From contig CAZWON010000001.1 in assembly GCA_964635565.1 (NCBI GenBank), forward strand, positions 71,020 through 135,019: a stretch of DNA of 64,000 nt. Reading direction: 5' to 3'. Origin of the DNA: an uncultured Planctomycetia bacterium (lineage in GTDB: Bacteria; Omnitrophota; Gorgyraeia; Duberdicusellales; 4484-171). Within the stretch, counting starts at the first letter, position 1, and each line of letters starts with the position of its first letter. A program made the translations under genes and the position numbers. Below are positions 9,603 through 18,160 of the stretch, piece after piece. The notes beneath the pieces are model-generated. The model searched no databases, had not been told where the DNA came from, and was given only the letters and a program-made list of their open reading frames with translations.

Positions 9603-10820
9603 TTGATGAATTGGAAACTAGTACGATGGATAGATATTTATATAGGAATACCTCTGGTATATTTAATATTTCTTATAAAGAAAATATTCAGATTATCTAA
9701 CATTTCTTCAGAAGAATATAATAATCTTTTGTTTATTAAATTTTGGGGTATAGGTAATATCATTATGATTTTACCTGCAGCGAGTGCATTAAAGAAGAAG
9801 TATAAAAATGCAAATATAGACTTATTAACTTTAACAAACAATAAGGATGCTTCTCGTTCTGCAGGGATTTTTAGGGATATTTATACTATAGATACAACCC
9901 ATATAGTTAAATTTCTTATTACCTCTATAAGGACATTTAAAATATTGATTAAGAAAGATTATGATGTAATAGTTGACTTTGAACAGTTCGCAAGGTTTTC
10001 AGCAATATGGTGTGCTCTTATAGGAAGAAAAAAAACTGTGGGGTTTAATACTAAAGGGCAACATCGCTTTATATTATATACAAATCCTACTGTCTATAGA
10101 GACGACATTCATATTACAAAATCTTTTTATAGTTTAGTAGAGTCTTTGGGAGTTCTTGCTATAGACGAGATAGAGCCTTTTCCTTTAAACTGCCATGATC
10201 ATTGTATTAGGACGGTAAGAAGCATATTATCTAAGGAAGGAGTTTTTCCTGAAGATATTATAATTATTCTTCATGTAGGAACAAGTAAGAATTTTGCACT
10301 TAGACGCTGGCCCTTTGAGCATTTTGCTGAATTATCTGACAGATTAATAAATAATTTTGACGTAAAGATAATTTTTACAGGATTGACAGAAGAAAAGGTT
10401 TTAATAGAAAGAGTTTTTGCAATGATAAAGAATAAAAAAGGAGCAATTAATCTAAGTGGAAAGTTTAATTTTGAAGAATTTATAGCCTTAATTAGACTAA
10501 GTGACTTAGTTGTCTCAGCTGATACCGCCCCTGTTCATATTGCTACTTCTTTGGGAGTCCCTGTAGTAGGACTTTATGGCCCAAACACCCCCTTTCTATA
10601 TGGACCATGGGGTAAGAAGAGTATATGGTTTTATAGACAATTAGAGTGTGCTCCTTGCATAACAAATTATAATGCTAAAATAAACAAATGTGGGCATCCC
10701 GAAGGTCAAGGGGCATGTATGAGAAAGATTAGCCCAGATGAGGTATTTTTGGGAATAGTTACTAATTACTTTGACGAAAAATCACCTTTTAGGTTGGAGA
10801 AGTTGAAAGTAAATGCGTAG
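9603..10820 (+). CDS. glycosyltransferase family 9 (LPS heptosyltransferase-like), with N-terminal TM segment and Cys-rich C-terminal tail
   Basis: The GT9 donor-binding region 'ADTAPVHIATSLGVPVVGLYGPNTP' matches the RfaF/RfaC-type 'DSGPMHLA..G.P.V.LFGPT'. The C-terminus 'CAPC...KCGHPEGQGAC' is cysteine-rich. Confidence 0.7.
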   Translation: MMNWKLVRWIDIYIGIPLVYLIFLIKKIFRLSNISSEEYNNLLFIKFWGIGNIIMILPAASALKKKYKNANIDLLTLTNNKDASRSAGIFRDIYTIDTTHIVKFLITSIRTFKILIKKDYDVIVDFEQFARFSAIWCALIGRKKTVGFNTKGQHRFILYTNPTVYRDDIHITKSFYSLVESLGVLAIDEIEPFPLNCHDHCIRTVRSILSKEGVFPEDIIIILHVGTSKNFALRRWPFEHFAELSDRLINNFDVKIIFTGLTEEKVLIERVFAMIKNKKGAINLSGKFNFEEFIALIRLSDLVVSADTAPVHIATSLGVPVVGLYGPNTPFLYGPWGKKSIWFYRQLECAPCITNYNAKINKCGHPEGQGACMRKISPDEVFLGIVTNYFDEKSPFRLEKLKVNA

Positions 10821-11877
10821 ATTGATAGGATTAGCAAAGAATATACTCGTTAGTAATTTTACCGATTTAAGGTATCCCTATAGATTTACTTATATTTTAA
10901 CCTACCGATGTAATCTTAGATGTAATATGTGTAATATTTGGCAAGAACATAAGGAAGAAGAGCTATCCGTCGCTCAGATAAAGAAGTTTTTTAAAAATTT
11001 TTGCAAATTTTCGTGGATTAATGTAAGTGGGGGAGAAATATTTTTAAGAGAAGATTTGTTAGATATTTTTGATATTATTCTCACAACTTGCAAAGATCTG
11101 TATCTTTTAGATTTTCCTACGAATGGTTTCCAGACCAAACTTATTCTTGAGGTAATAAACAGGTTGTTAGTTAATTATAAGATACCCAAGATATTAGTCA
11201 CTATCAGTTTAGATGGTCCGCAAAAGTTACATGATCAGATACGGGGAGTTGAGGGTTCTTGGGATAGAGCTGTGGAAACTTTCAGGCAATTACGTAAATT
11301 AAGAAGTGCAAGGTTTAATGTATTTTTCGGCACTACCTTACAGCCAGCGAATATAGGAAAATTTGATGAGACAGTTAAATCTGTAGAAGAAAAAATTGGT
11401 AATATCCGTTATAATGACTTCCATGTAAATTTAATTCAGTATTCCCCTCATTATTATAAAAATATAGATACATCAGATTCTAATGATTATGATAAATTAT
11501 GGCCTCAGTTAGAAAGAATTATTAGAAGACGTAAGATTTTTTTGTTTAGCCCTATTGGTTTTCTTGAATATGAATATCAGAAATTAGCCAGAATTTATTT
11601 ATCAGAAAAAAAGACGCCTATTACTTGTCAGGCTTTTTCCGCATCTTTTTTTATGGATCCAGAGGGTAATATTTTTCCTTGTAGTATATATAATAAGTCT
11701 ATAGGTAATATCGTTGACTTTGATTATGATATAAATAAGATGTGGGATACTGTTTCTAGATATAGAATAAGAGAAGAGATTCGCAAGCAAAAGTGCCCTC
11801 AATGTTGGACACCTTGTGAAGCATATCAAAGTATTTTGGCTAATTTATTTGTTGTCTTTAAAAGGGGTAGACTATGA
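10813..11877 (+). CDS. radical SAM enzyme with C-terminal SPASM/twitch-like Cys-rich domain
   Basis: Radical-SAM cluster 'YRCNLRCNMCNIW' (CxxxCxxC). Glycine-rich 'SGGEIFL' SAM-binding motif. C-terminal Cys cluster 'CQAF..FPCS...KCPQCWTPCEAY'. Confidence 0.8.
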   Translation: MRRLIGLAKNILVSNFTDLRYPYRFTYILTYRCNLRCNMCNIWQEHKEEELSVAQIKKFFKNFCKFSWINVSGGEIFLREDLLDIFDIILTTCKDLYLLDFPTNGFQTKLILEVINRLLVNYKIPKILVTISLDGPQKLHDQIRGVEGSWDRAVETFRQLRKLRSARFNVFFGTTLQPANIGKFDETVKSVEEKIGNIRYNDFHVNLIQYSPHYYKNIDTSDSNDYDKLWPQLERIIRRRKIFLFSPIGFLEYEYQKLARIYLSEKKTPITCQAFSASFFMDPEGNIFPCSIYNKSIGNIVDFDYDINKMWDTVSRYRIREEIRKQKCPQCWTPCEAYQSILANLFVVFKRGRL

Positions 11878-12974
11878 TTAGAAAAGTCTATATTGATTTT
11901 ATAAAAAATAAAGTTGTTGAAGGAAAGTGGGATTGGTTTTTTAAAAGATTCTGGCAATACTTTATTATTCATATTTCTTTTATTGCGGGTCGGCCTTTCT
12001 GTGGTCCGATTTTAGGTACTTTTGTTGTTAATTATCGATGTAACTATAAGTGTAAAATGTGTGATTTGCCATTGAGAGATAAGTTTATCCAAAAGCAGGG
12101 GTTAAAAGAATTCTCAACCTTACAGTTAAAAAAAATTCTTAAGGAATTTGCAAGCTTGGGGACAGCGGGTATAGGTTTTACAGGAGGAGAGCCACTTTTA
12201 CGAGAAGATATATTTGAGCTTATGAAGTATTCAAAGGAATTAGGTATGATTACTCACTTAAATACTAATGGGTTTTTCCTTGATAGCGAAAATATCAAAA
12301 GGCTTCTATATGCTAATGTTGACTCTATAAATATTTCTTTAGATGGAGCCTATGCTTCTACTCACGATGCAATTAGAGGTTATCGGGGGGCATTTGATAG
12401 GGTAGTTTATGCTGTAGAGTGTATTGATTTCATGCGAAAGAAAATGGGTGTTCCTATACGCGTGAAAGTAGTGACTGTAATAGGTAAAGATAATATCGAT
12501 GAGATACCCGATTTGTTTAAACTAGCTCATAGTTTAAAAGTAGACTGTATTGAGTTTATCCCACAACAGCCTTTTTCTGTTTTGACAGATGATACTCCTG
12601 TGAATTTTGATAATATTTTTTTAGAAAAGATAGATACAGTGGTTGATTATATTTTGAAGGAGGGGAAGAAGATAGTAAGGGTAGAAAATTCACCTCGTCA
12701 TTTAAAATTATTTAAGAATTCTTTTGGGGGTGAAAAGTCACCCCTTATTTGTTTTGCGGGATATAATTCTTATGCTGTGGATTGCTATGGTCAAATTTTT
12801 CCCTGTATGCCATGGGTTAATTGGGGGAAATCCGTGGGAAATGTAAAAGAGAGTTCCCTTAAGAAATTTTGGTATTCAGCAATGTATAATAAGATACGGC
12901 GTGATATTTCAAAGTGCAGAGATTGTTATCTGAATTGTCAGGCAGAGTTAAATATTTTGTTTAATATAATTTAA
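11874..12974 (+). CDS. radical SAM enzyme with C-terminal SPASM-like domain (paralog of the upstream gene), with a hydrophobic N-terminal extension
   Basis: 'YRCNYKCKMCDL' (CxxxCxxC). 'TGGEPLL'. C-terminal 'CFAGYNSYAVDCYGQIFPC...CRDCYLNCQ'. Start overlaps upstream stop (ATGA). Confidence 0.8.
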   Translation: MIRKVYIDFIKNKVVEGKWDWFFKRFWQYFIIHISFIAGRPFCGPILGTFVVNYRCNYKCKMCDLPLRDKFIQKQGLKEFSTLQLKKILKEFASLGTAGIGFTGGEPLLREDIFELMKYSKELGMITHLNTNGFFLDSENIKRLLYANVDSINISLDGAYASTHDAIRGYRGAFDRVVYAVECIDFMRKKMGVPIRVKVVTVIGKDNIDEIPDLFKLAHSLKVDCIEFIPQQPFSVLTDDTPVNFDNIFLEKIDTVVDYILKEGKKIVRVENSPRHLKLFKNSFGGEKSPLICFAGYNSYAVDCYGQIFPCMPWVNWGKSVGNVKESSLKKFWYSAMYNKIRRDISKCRDCYLNCQAELNILFNII

Positions 12975-13012
12975 AAAAGAGTTTAATTATTTTATAGAGG
13001 TTAAATTAATTA

Positions 13013-14821
13013 ATGAAGAATAAAAAAAACCTTTTTCTTCGTTCTACAATACCATTACCATTCTGTATTATAAGTGCAGTTTTTTTATATTTTCTTGCTT
13101 TAAGCTGGTTAAAATGGGGCAACCCTGTTGTCGATACTTTTAGAGACCAGTGGGTAGCTTATAACTTAACTGTAGGAAAAACTTTATATAAAGATATTTT
13201 TTACCATTATGGTTTTTTAGCGCCTTATTCTATTTCTTTTTTGTATAAAATATTTGGTGTAAATATAATATACTCAGTTTTTTTAGGGATATTTATTACT
13301 GGTTTTTCCTGTTATTTTCTTTATAAACTTTCTCGCCTTTTTCTTAATAGGGCATTTTCTACAGTTCTTTTATTAAACTTTCTTTTAGTTTTTGCTTTTG
13401 GATGTTATTGTTCTAACTGTATTTTTAATTTTATATTACCTTATAGTTTTTCTTCTACTTTTCTTATAATGTTTATTCTTTCTTCACTATACTTCTATAT
13501 TAAATTTATAAGAAAAAAGCACTATAGATATTTGGTCTTTTGGGCGCTTTCTATATATTTTGTTTTTTTATCTCGTGTAGATTTTGGTGTTTTTATTTGG
13601 TTAGTATTTGTTGCGATTTTTATAGGATGTATCCCCAAAGAAAGAAAATCGAAGGTTATTATATATATGTTTATTCCTTTTTTGATGAGTTTATTGTCTT
13701 ACTGGCTATTTTTATATCTTAATAATGCCTTTTTTTATTTCCGTGAATCTATAATTAATATGATTTCTTTCTGTTTAGAAGGAGGGAATAAGTTTGATTA
13801 TATTATCTCAGGGTTTGATAATCTTTCTTATAATTTAAAAAATATTATTATCTCTTTTTTTTCTCAGTTTATAATAGCTTTTCTATTTTATTTAATGAGT
13901 GTTGTAATACATATTTTCCTTAAAAGAACAACAATAAAATTATTTCCTCTTTTATTATATACTATATTAGGAATAGTTTCGTTTAGAGTTACTTTTCTTT
14001 TTGTCGGAGTTGTTAACTTTTTCCTTCAATACAGATTAATACCTCTAGTGCTTCTTGGGGGAATAATGATATATATTTTTAGGTTATTTTTTAGTAAAGA
14101 AAAAGAGAAGATTTCTTCATATTTAGTTTTATTTGTTATTTCACTTTTGCTTATATTAAGGATAATATTTCTTGCTTCTCCTAATGGGTATGGTTTTTTT
14201 CTTTTAGTTCCCAGTTTAGTCTGTTATTATATTTTCTTTAAAGATATATGTTTTCCTTTGTTTACCTTTATCATAAGAGTTGCAATTAATAAAAATGTAA
14301 AACGCTATTATCTGTTTTCTGTTTCTATTTTCTTTGTTTTACTGTCTTTGTTATTTGCCAGATTTAATTATGAGAGTTATAGTATGAAAAAATGCTCTAT
14401 TTTTACTCCGAGGGGAAATTTGTATTTTTTCTGCACGCCCTGCACGCAGAGATTCTGGGAAACGGTTTATTTTTTAAGAAAGCATACTGCTAAGAATGCA
14501 AAAGTTGTTGTTTTCCCCGAAGGAATAGGAATAAATTTTTTTTCTCAAAGAGATAACCCTTTACGGTATCATACTTTTCTTCCTCCTATAGTCAGAATTG
14601 TTACGGAAAATAAAATAATAAAGAACTTAAATAAATACAAAATAGATTATATAATAATACTTTCCAGAGCTACATATGAATATGGATATCCTTTTTTTGG
14701 TATTCACTATGGGGAAAATATTTATCATTGGATATTAAATAATTATGAACTTATTAAAGTCTTTGGTCCTTATCCTTTTACTTCTTTAGAATTTGGGGTG
14801 GCGATATTTAAGAGAAAATAA
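13013..14821 (+). CDS. polytopic (~13 TM) integral membrane protein with C-terminal soluble domain; GT-C-fold glycosyltransferase-like (ArnT/PMT/oligosaccharyltransferase-type) candidate
   Basis: Translation is very hydrophobic with many predicted helices. The first extracytoplasmic loop after TM1 carries an acidic 'VVDTFRDQW' motif, the usual position of the GT-C catalytic D/E. A ~130 aa non-hydrophobic C-terminal domain follows. Fold assignment is inference. Confidence 0.45.
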   Translation: MKNKKNLFLRSTIPLPFCIISAVFLYFLALSWLKWGNPVVDTFRDQWVAYNLTVGKTLYKDIFYHYGFLAPYSISFLYKIFGVNIIYSVFLGIFITGFSCYFLYKLSRLFLNRAFSTVLLLNFLLVFAFGCYCSNCIFNFILPYSFSSTFLIMFILSSLYFYIKFIRKKHYRYLVFWALSIYFVFLSRVDFGVFIWLVFVAIFIGCIPKERKSKVIIYMFIPFLMSLLSYWLFLYLNNAFFYFRESIINMISFCLEGGNKFDYIISGFDNLSYNLKNIIISFFSQFIIAFLFYLMSVVIHIFLKRTTIKLFPLLLYTILGIVSFRVTFLFVGVVNFFLQYRLIPLVLLGGIMIYIFRLFFSKEKEKISSYLVLFVISLLLILRIIFLASPNGYGFFLLVPSLVCYYIFFKDICFPLFTFIIRVAINKNVKRYYLFSVSIFFVLLSLLFARFNYESYSMKKCSIFTPRGNLYFFCTPCTQRFWETVYFLRKHTAKNAKVVVFPEGIGINFFSQRDNPLRYHTFLPPIVRIVTENKIIKNLNKYKIDYIIILSRATYEYGYPFFGIHYGENIYHWILNNYELIKVFGPYPFTSLEFGVAIFKRK

Positions 14822-14854
14822 AATTTGTTATAATATTAAGAGAAAGGGGTAAAG

Positions 14855-15580
14855 ATGTTAAGAGCAGGGATAAGTGGTATTTGTGGGAGAATGGGAAGGA
14901 GAATTCTTAATTTGAGTAAAAAAGATAAAGATATTGAAGTTGTTATAGGGTTAGAAAAAACTGGCCATAAGGATGTAGGAAATATAGTTGAAGGGGTAAA
15001 AGTCACAGATAAATTAATAGAATTAGAAAGGTGCGATTGCCTCATTGAATTTTCTACGCCCACTGCTACTTTAGAACATCTTAGATATTTAGTTACATTA
15101 AAAAAAACAGCAGTAGTAGGGACAACAGGTTTTAGTGACGATGAGGCTGATGAGGTAAAAAGAATAGCAGAAAAGATTCCTATAGTATTTTCTCCTAATA
15201 TGAGCATTGGTGTTAACTTAGTTTTTCGTCTGGTGAAAGAAGCAGCAAAAGTATTAAAAGAGTATGAGGTTTATATTGAAGAGGCTCATCATATTCATAA
15301 AAAAGATGCCCCTAGCGGAACCGCCAAAAAAATAGCAAATATTATAAATAGTGAGGGTTTCAGCATAAAGACAGAAGATATTGTTTCTATTCGTGAAGAT
15401 GAGATTGTAGGTGACCATAGCGTTATCTTTAAGAGCACATTAGATGAGATTGAACTTTCCCATTCCGCAAAGACACGTGATATATTTGCTCAAGGAGCAA
15501 TTGTAGCAGCAAAATGGATAAAAGATAAAAAGAAAGGCCTTTACTCTATGGAGGATGTACTTTTTGGAAGGGATTCATAA
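14855..15580 (+). CDS. dapB: 4-hydroxy-tetrahydrodipicolinate reductase
   Basis: N-terminal Rossmann 'GISGICGRMGRR'. Signature 'EAHHIHKKDAPSGTA'. ~240 aa. Confidence 0.85.
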   Translation: MLRAGISGICGRMGRRILNLSKKDKDIEVVIGLEKTGHKDVGNIVEGVKVTDKLIELERCDCLIEFSTPTATLEHLRYLVTLKKTAVVGTTGFSDDEADEVKRIAEKIPIVFSPNMSIGVNLVFRLVKEAAKVLKEYEVYIEEAHHIHKKDAPSGTAKKIANIINSEGFSIKTEDIVSIREDEIVGDHSVIFKSTLDEIELSHSAKTRDIFAQGAIVAAKWIKDKKKGLYSMEDVLFGRDS

Positions 15581-15606
15581 ATCTCTTTAAGATAAAGAGG
15601 AGGGAT

Positions 15607-16764
15607 ATGAAAAAGAAAAAATTACTTTTATCACAACGATTACAGAGATTACCTCCTTATCTTTTTGCTCAAATTGAACGTAAGAAACAAAAGTTAAGAA
15701 AAAGAAGGGTTGTGCTAAAAGATTTAAGTATAGGTGATCCGGATATTTTAGCTCCTTGGGGGGTAATCAACACTCTTTATAGGTCCGCTAAACAAAAAGA
15801 TAATCAGAAGTATGCTTTAGACCAGGGCAAAGAAAATTTAAGAAATTCTATAAAAAAATGGATGAAAAAAAGATTCGGAATTAATTTAGATAAGGAAAGA
15901 GAAATTTTACCTTTAATTGGTTCCAAAGAAGGATTAGTACATTTACCATTAGCATTTGTTAATCCCGGCGAGTATGTTCTTGTTCCTTCTCCTGGTTATC
16001 CTGGTTATAGAGGAGCTGTGGTTTTAGCTTTAGGGAAAATTTATGAGATGCCCCTAAGAGAAGATAATAATTTTTTACCCTCTTTAGAGAAGATACCGTT
16101 GGGGATAAGAAATAAAAGTAAACTTATGTATTTAAATTATCCTAATAATCCTACAACTGCTTTAGCGCCTCGTGAGTTCTTAAAAGAAGTGGTTAAGTTC
16201 TGCTCTCATTATGGTATTATTCTTGCTTACGATAATGCCTATTCAGAAATTTACTTTGAGAGAAAACCTTTAAGTATCTTTCAGATAAAAGGAGCTGAAG
16301 AAATAGCTATTGAGTTTCACTCTTTTTCCAAGACCTTTTGTATGACAGGCTTTCGTATTGGTTGGGCTTCTGGTAACAAAGGTTTGATTAAGTGTCTCTT
16401 GAAAATAAAGACGAATATTGATTCAGGAATTTTTGGTGCCATTCAGGATGCAGGAGCTTATGCCTTAGATAAAGAGAAAGGGTATGTTAGAAACTTAAGA
16501 AAGATTATTAGAGAAAGAAGAGATTTTTTTGTTAAAGGGTTAAATCAGAAAGGATTTAAGAAGATATACGCTTATAGCACTTTCTATGTATGGGTGAAGA
16601 TACCTCTATCTTTTAAATCTTCTATGGATTTTTCCCATTATCTTTTAAATAAAAAAATTGTTGCCACGCCAGGAATAGGTTTTGGTAAATATGGTGAAGG
16701 ATTTGTAAGATTTGCTCTTACAGTAGATATTACCGAACTAAAAGAAGCAATTAGAAGGATATAG
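15607..16764 (+). CDS. class I/II PLP aminotransferase, probable LL-diaminopimelate aminotransferase (DapL-type) given dap context
   Basis: N-terminus 'LQRLPPYLFAQIERKK'. PLP-lysine region 'FHSFSKTFCMTGFRIGWA'. It sits directly after dapB in the lysine block. Assignment to DapL rather than a general Asp/Ala aminotransferase rests on context. Confidence 0.55.
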   Translation: MKKKKLLLSQRLQRLPPYLFAQIERKKQKLRKRRVVLKDLSIGDPDILAPWGVINTLYRSAKQKDNQKYALDQGKENLRNSIKKWMKKRFGINLDKEREILPLIGSKEGLVHLPLAFVNPGEYVLVPSPGYPGYRGAVVLALGKIYEMPLREDNNFLPSLEKIPLGIRNKSKLMYLNYPNNPTTALAPREFLKEVVKFCSHYGIILAYDNAYSEIYFERKPLSIFQIKGAEEIAIEFHSFSKTFCMTGFRIGWASGNKGLIKCLLKIKTNIDSGIFGAIQDAGAYALDKEKGYVRNLRKIIRERRDFFVKGLNQKGFKKIYAYSTFYVWVKIPLSFKSSMDFSHYLLNKKIVATPGIGFGKYGEGFVRFALTVDITELKEAIRRI

Positions 16765-16853
16765 CATAGAGCAGGTAGAAAGTTAGTTTATAGCTTTTAG
16801 CTTCTGAAGATAATTAACAGTAAAATAGGAAAAGTTTATTATTTTATGATGGG

Positions 16854-17315
16854 ATGAGAAAAAAAGTGGCATTCATTTCATTAGGGTCTAATTTAGGAGA
16901 CCGAAGAGAAAATCTGAAAAAAGCTCTTGAATATATGGAGGCACATCCAGAGATAACTATCGAGAAGGTTTCTTCATTTATTGAGAGCAAACCTGTTGGC
17001 GGACCACCTCAGGGTGACTATCTTAACGGTGTAGTTAAAATAAACACAACGCTTTCTCCTTATGAGCTTCTTTCTACTCTTAAAGATATAGAGAAAAAAC
17101 TCGGACGAAAAAGAACAATAAGATTTGGACCACGTACAATTGATTTGGATATTCTTTTGTATAGAAAAGAGGTTATAGATGAGGATACATTGAAGATTCC
17201 TCATCCCCGTATGTTTGAACGTGAGTTCGTTTTAAAGCCTCTTTTTGAGATAGAACCGGAAATGAGAAAGTTTATTTGTAATTTTAAGAAAACACAAATA
17301 CGGTCTAGAAAATAA
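16854..17315 (+). CDS. folK: 2-amino-4-hydroxy-6-hydroxymethyldihydropteridine pyrophosphokinase (HPPK)
   Basis: 'AFISLGSNLGDR' and 'FGPRTIDLDILLY' motifs. ~150 aa. Confidence 0.85.
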   Translation: MRKKVAFISLGSNLGDRRENLKKALEYMEAHPEITIEKVSSFIESKPVGGPPQGDYLNGVVKINTTLSPYELLSTLKDIEKKLGRKRTIRFGPRTIDLDILLYRKEVIDEDTLKIPHPRMFEREFVLKPLFEIEPEMRKFICNFKKTQIRSRK

Positions 17316-18160
17316 TGATTGTTTTAAGGAATGTAAAAAAAGTAAGAGAAATTATCAATAAAGTTAAAAAAAGAGGAGATACAGTAGGGTTTATTCCTAC
17401 TATGGGGGCGCTTCATGAGGGGCATATTTCTTTAATTAAAGAAGCAAAGAAAAATACCAGCTTCGTAGTGGTAAGTATTTTTGTCAATCCTACCCAGTTT
17501 GGGCCGCATGAAGATTATAGAAAATATCCTCGTAATTTCAAAAAAGACAAGGAAATTCTTAAACAAGAAGGGGTAGATTTAATTTTTTATCCCAATGTAA
17601 AAGCGATGTACAGTAAGAAATTTTCTACCTATGTAGAGGAAATAGAATTAAGTAAATATCTCTGTGGGAAGCGCCGTCCAGGGCATTTTAAAGGCGTATG
17701 TACTATTGTCGCTAAACTATTTAATATTGTATTACCTGACATCGCTTATTTTGGGCAGAAGGATTATCAACAGGCAGTGATTATAAAGAGGATGGTTAAG
17801 GATTTGAACTTTTCTCTCAAAATAAAAGTTATGCCTATTGTAAGGGAGAAAGATGGTTTGGCTTTAAGCTCAAGAAATACATACCTTACTTCCCATCAAC
17901 GCAAAGAGGCTTTATCTTTATACCATGCCTTAAAATTAGCCTATAGGATGGTAAAAAATAAAAAACAGCCTCCCACAATCATTAAGGCTATGCAGAAACT
18001 AATAAAAAAAGAGGCACCTTCTTCAAAAATTGACTATATAAACATTGTGGATCCTTTTACCTTGCAAGATGTAAGGAAGATAGAAAAAAGAGTGTTAGTA
18101 GCTTTAGCTATATATATAGGAAAGGCACGTTTAATCGACAATATGTTAATAAAAAGATGA
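17315..18160 (+). CDS. panC: pantoate--beta-alanine ligase
   Basis: 'GFIPTMGALHEGHISL' HIGH-type motif. 'FGQKDYQQ'. ~280 aa. Confidence 0.9.
   Translation: MIVLRNVKKVREIINKVKKRGDTVGFIPTMGALHEGHISLIKEAKKNTSFVVVSIFVNPTQFGPHEDYRKYPRNFKKDKEILKQEGVDLIFYPNVKAMYSKKFSTYVEEIELSKYLCGKRRPGHFKGVCTIVAKLFNIVLPDIAYFGQKDYQQAVIIKRMVKDLNFSLKIKVMPIVREKDGLALSSRNTYLTSHQRKEALSLYHALKLAYRMVKNKKQPPTIIKAMQKLIKKEAPSSKIDYINIVDPFTLQDVRKIEKRVLVALAIYIGKARLIDNMLIKR

Noticed and set aside
11602-11829. 75-aa antisense ORF inside the first radical-SAM gene
   Set aside because: It is antisense to a well-supported CDS and has no recognisable features.
13540-13722. 60-aa Cys/Phe-rich small ORF, considered as a possible RiPP precursor for the neighbouring radical-SAM enzymes
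   Set aside because: It is an alternative frame within the 13-TM membrane-protein gene and has no independent RBS. Its composition reflects the poly-T/poly-A codon bias of that gene.
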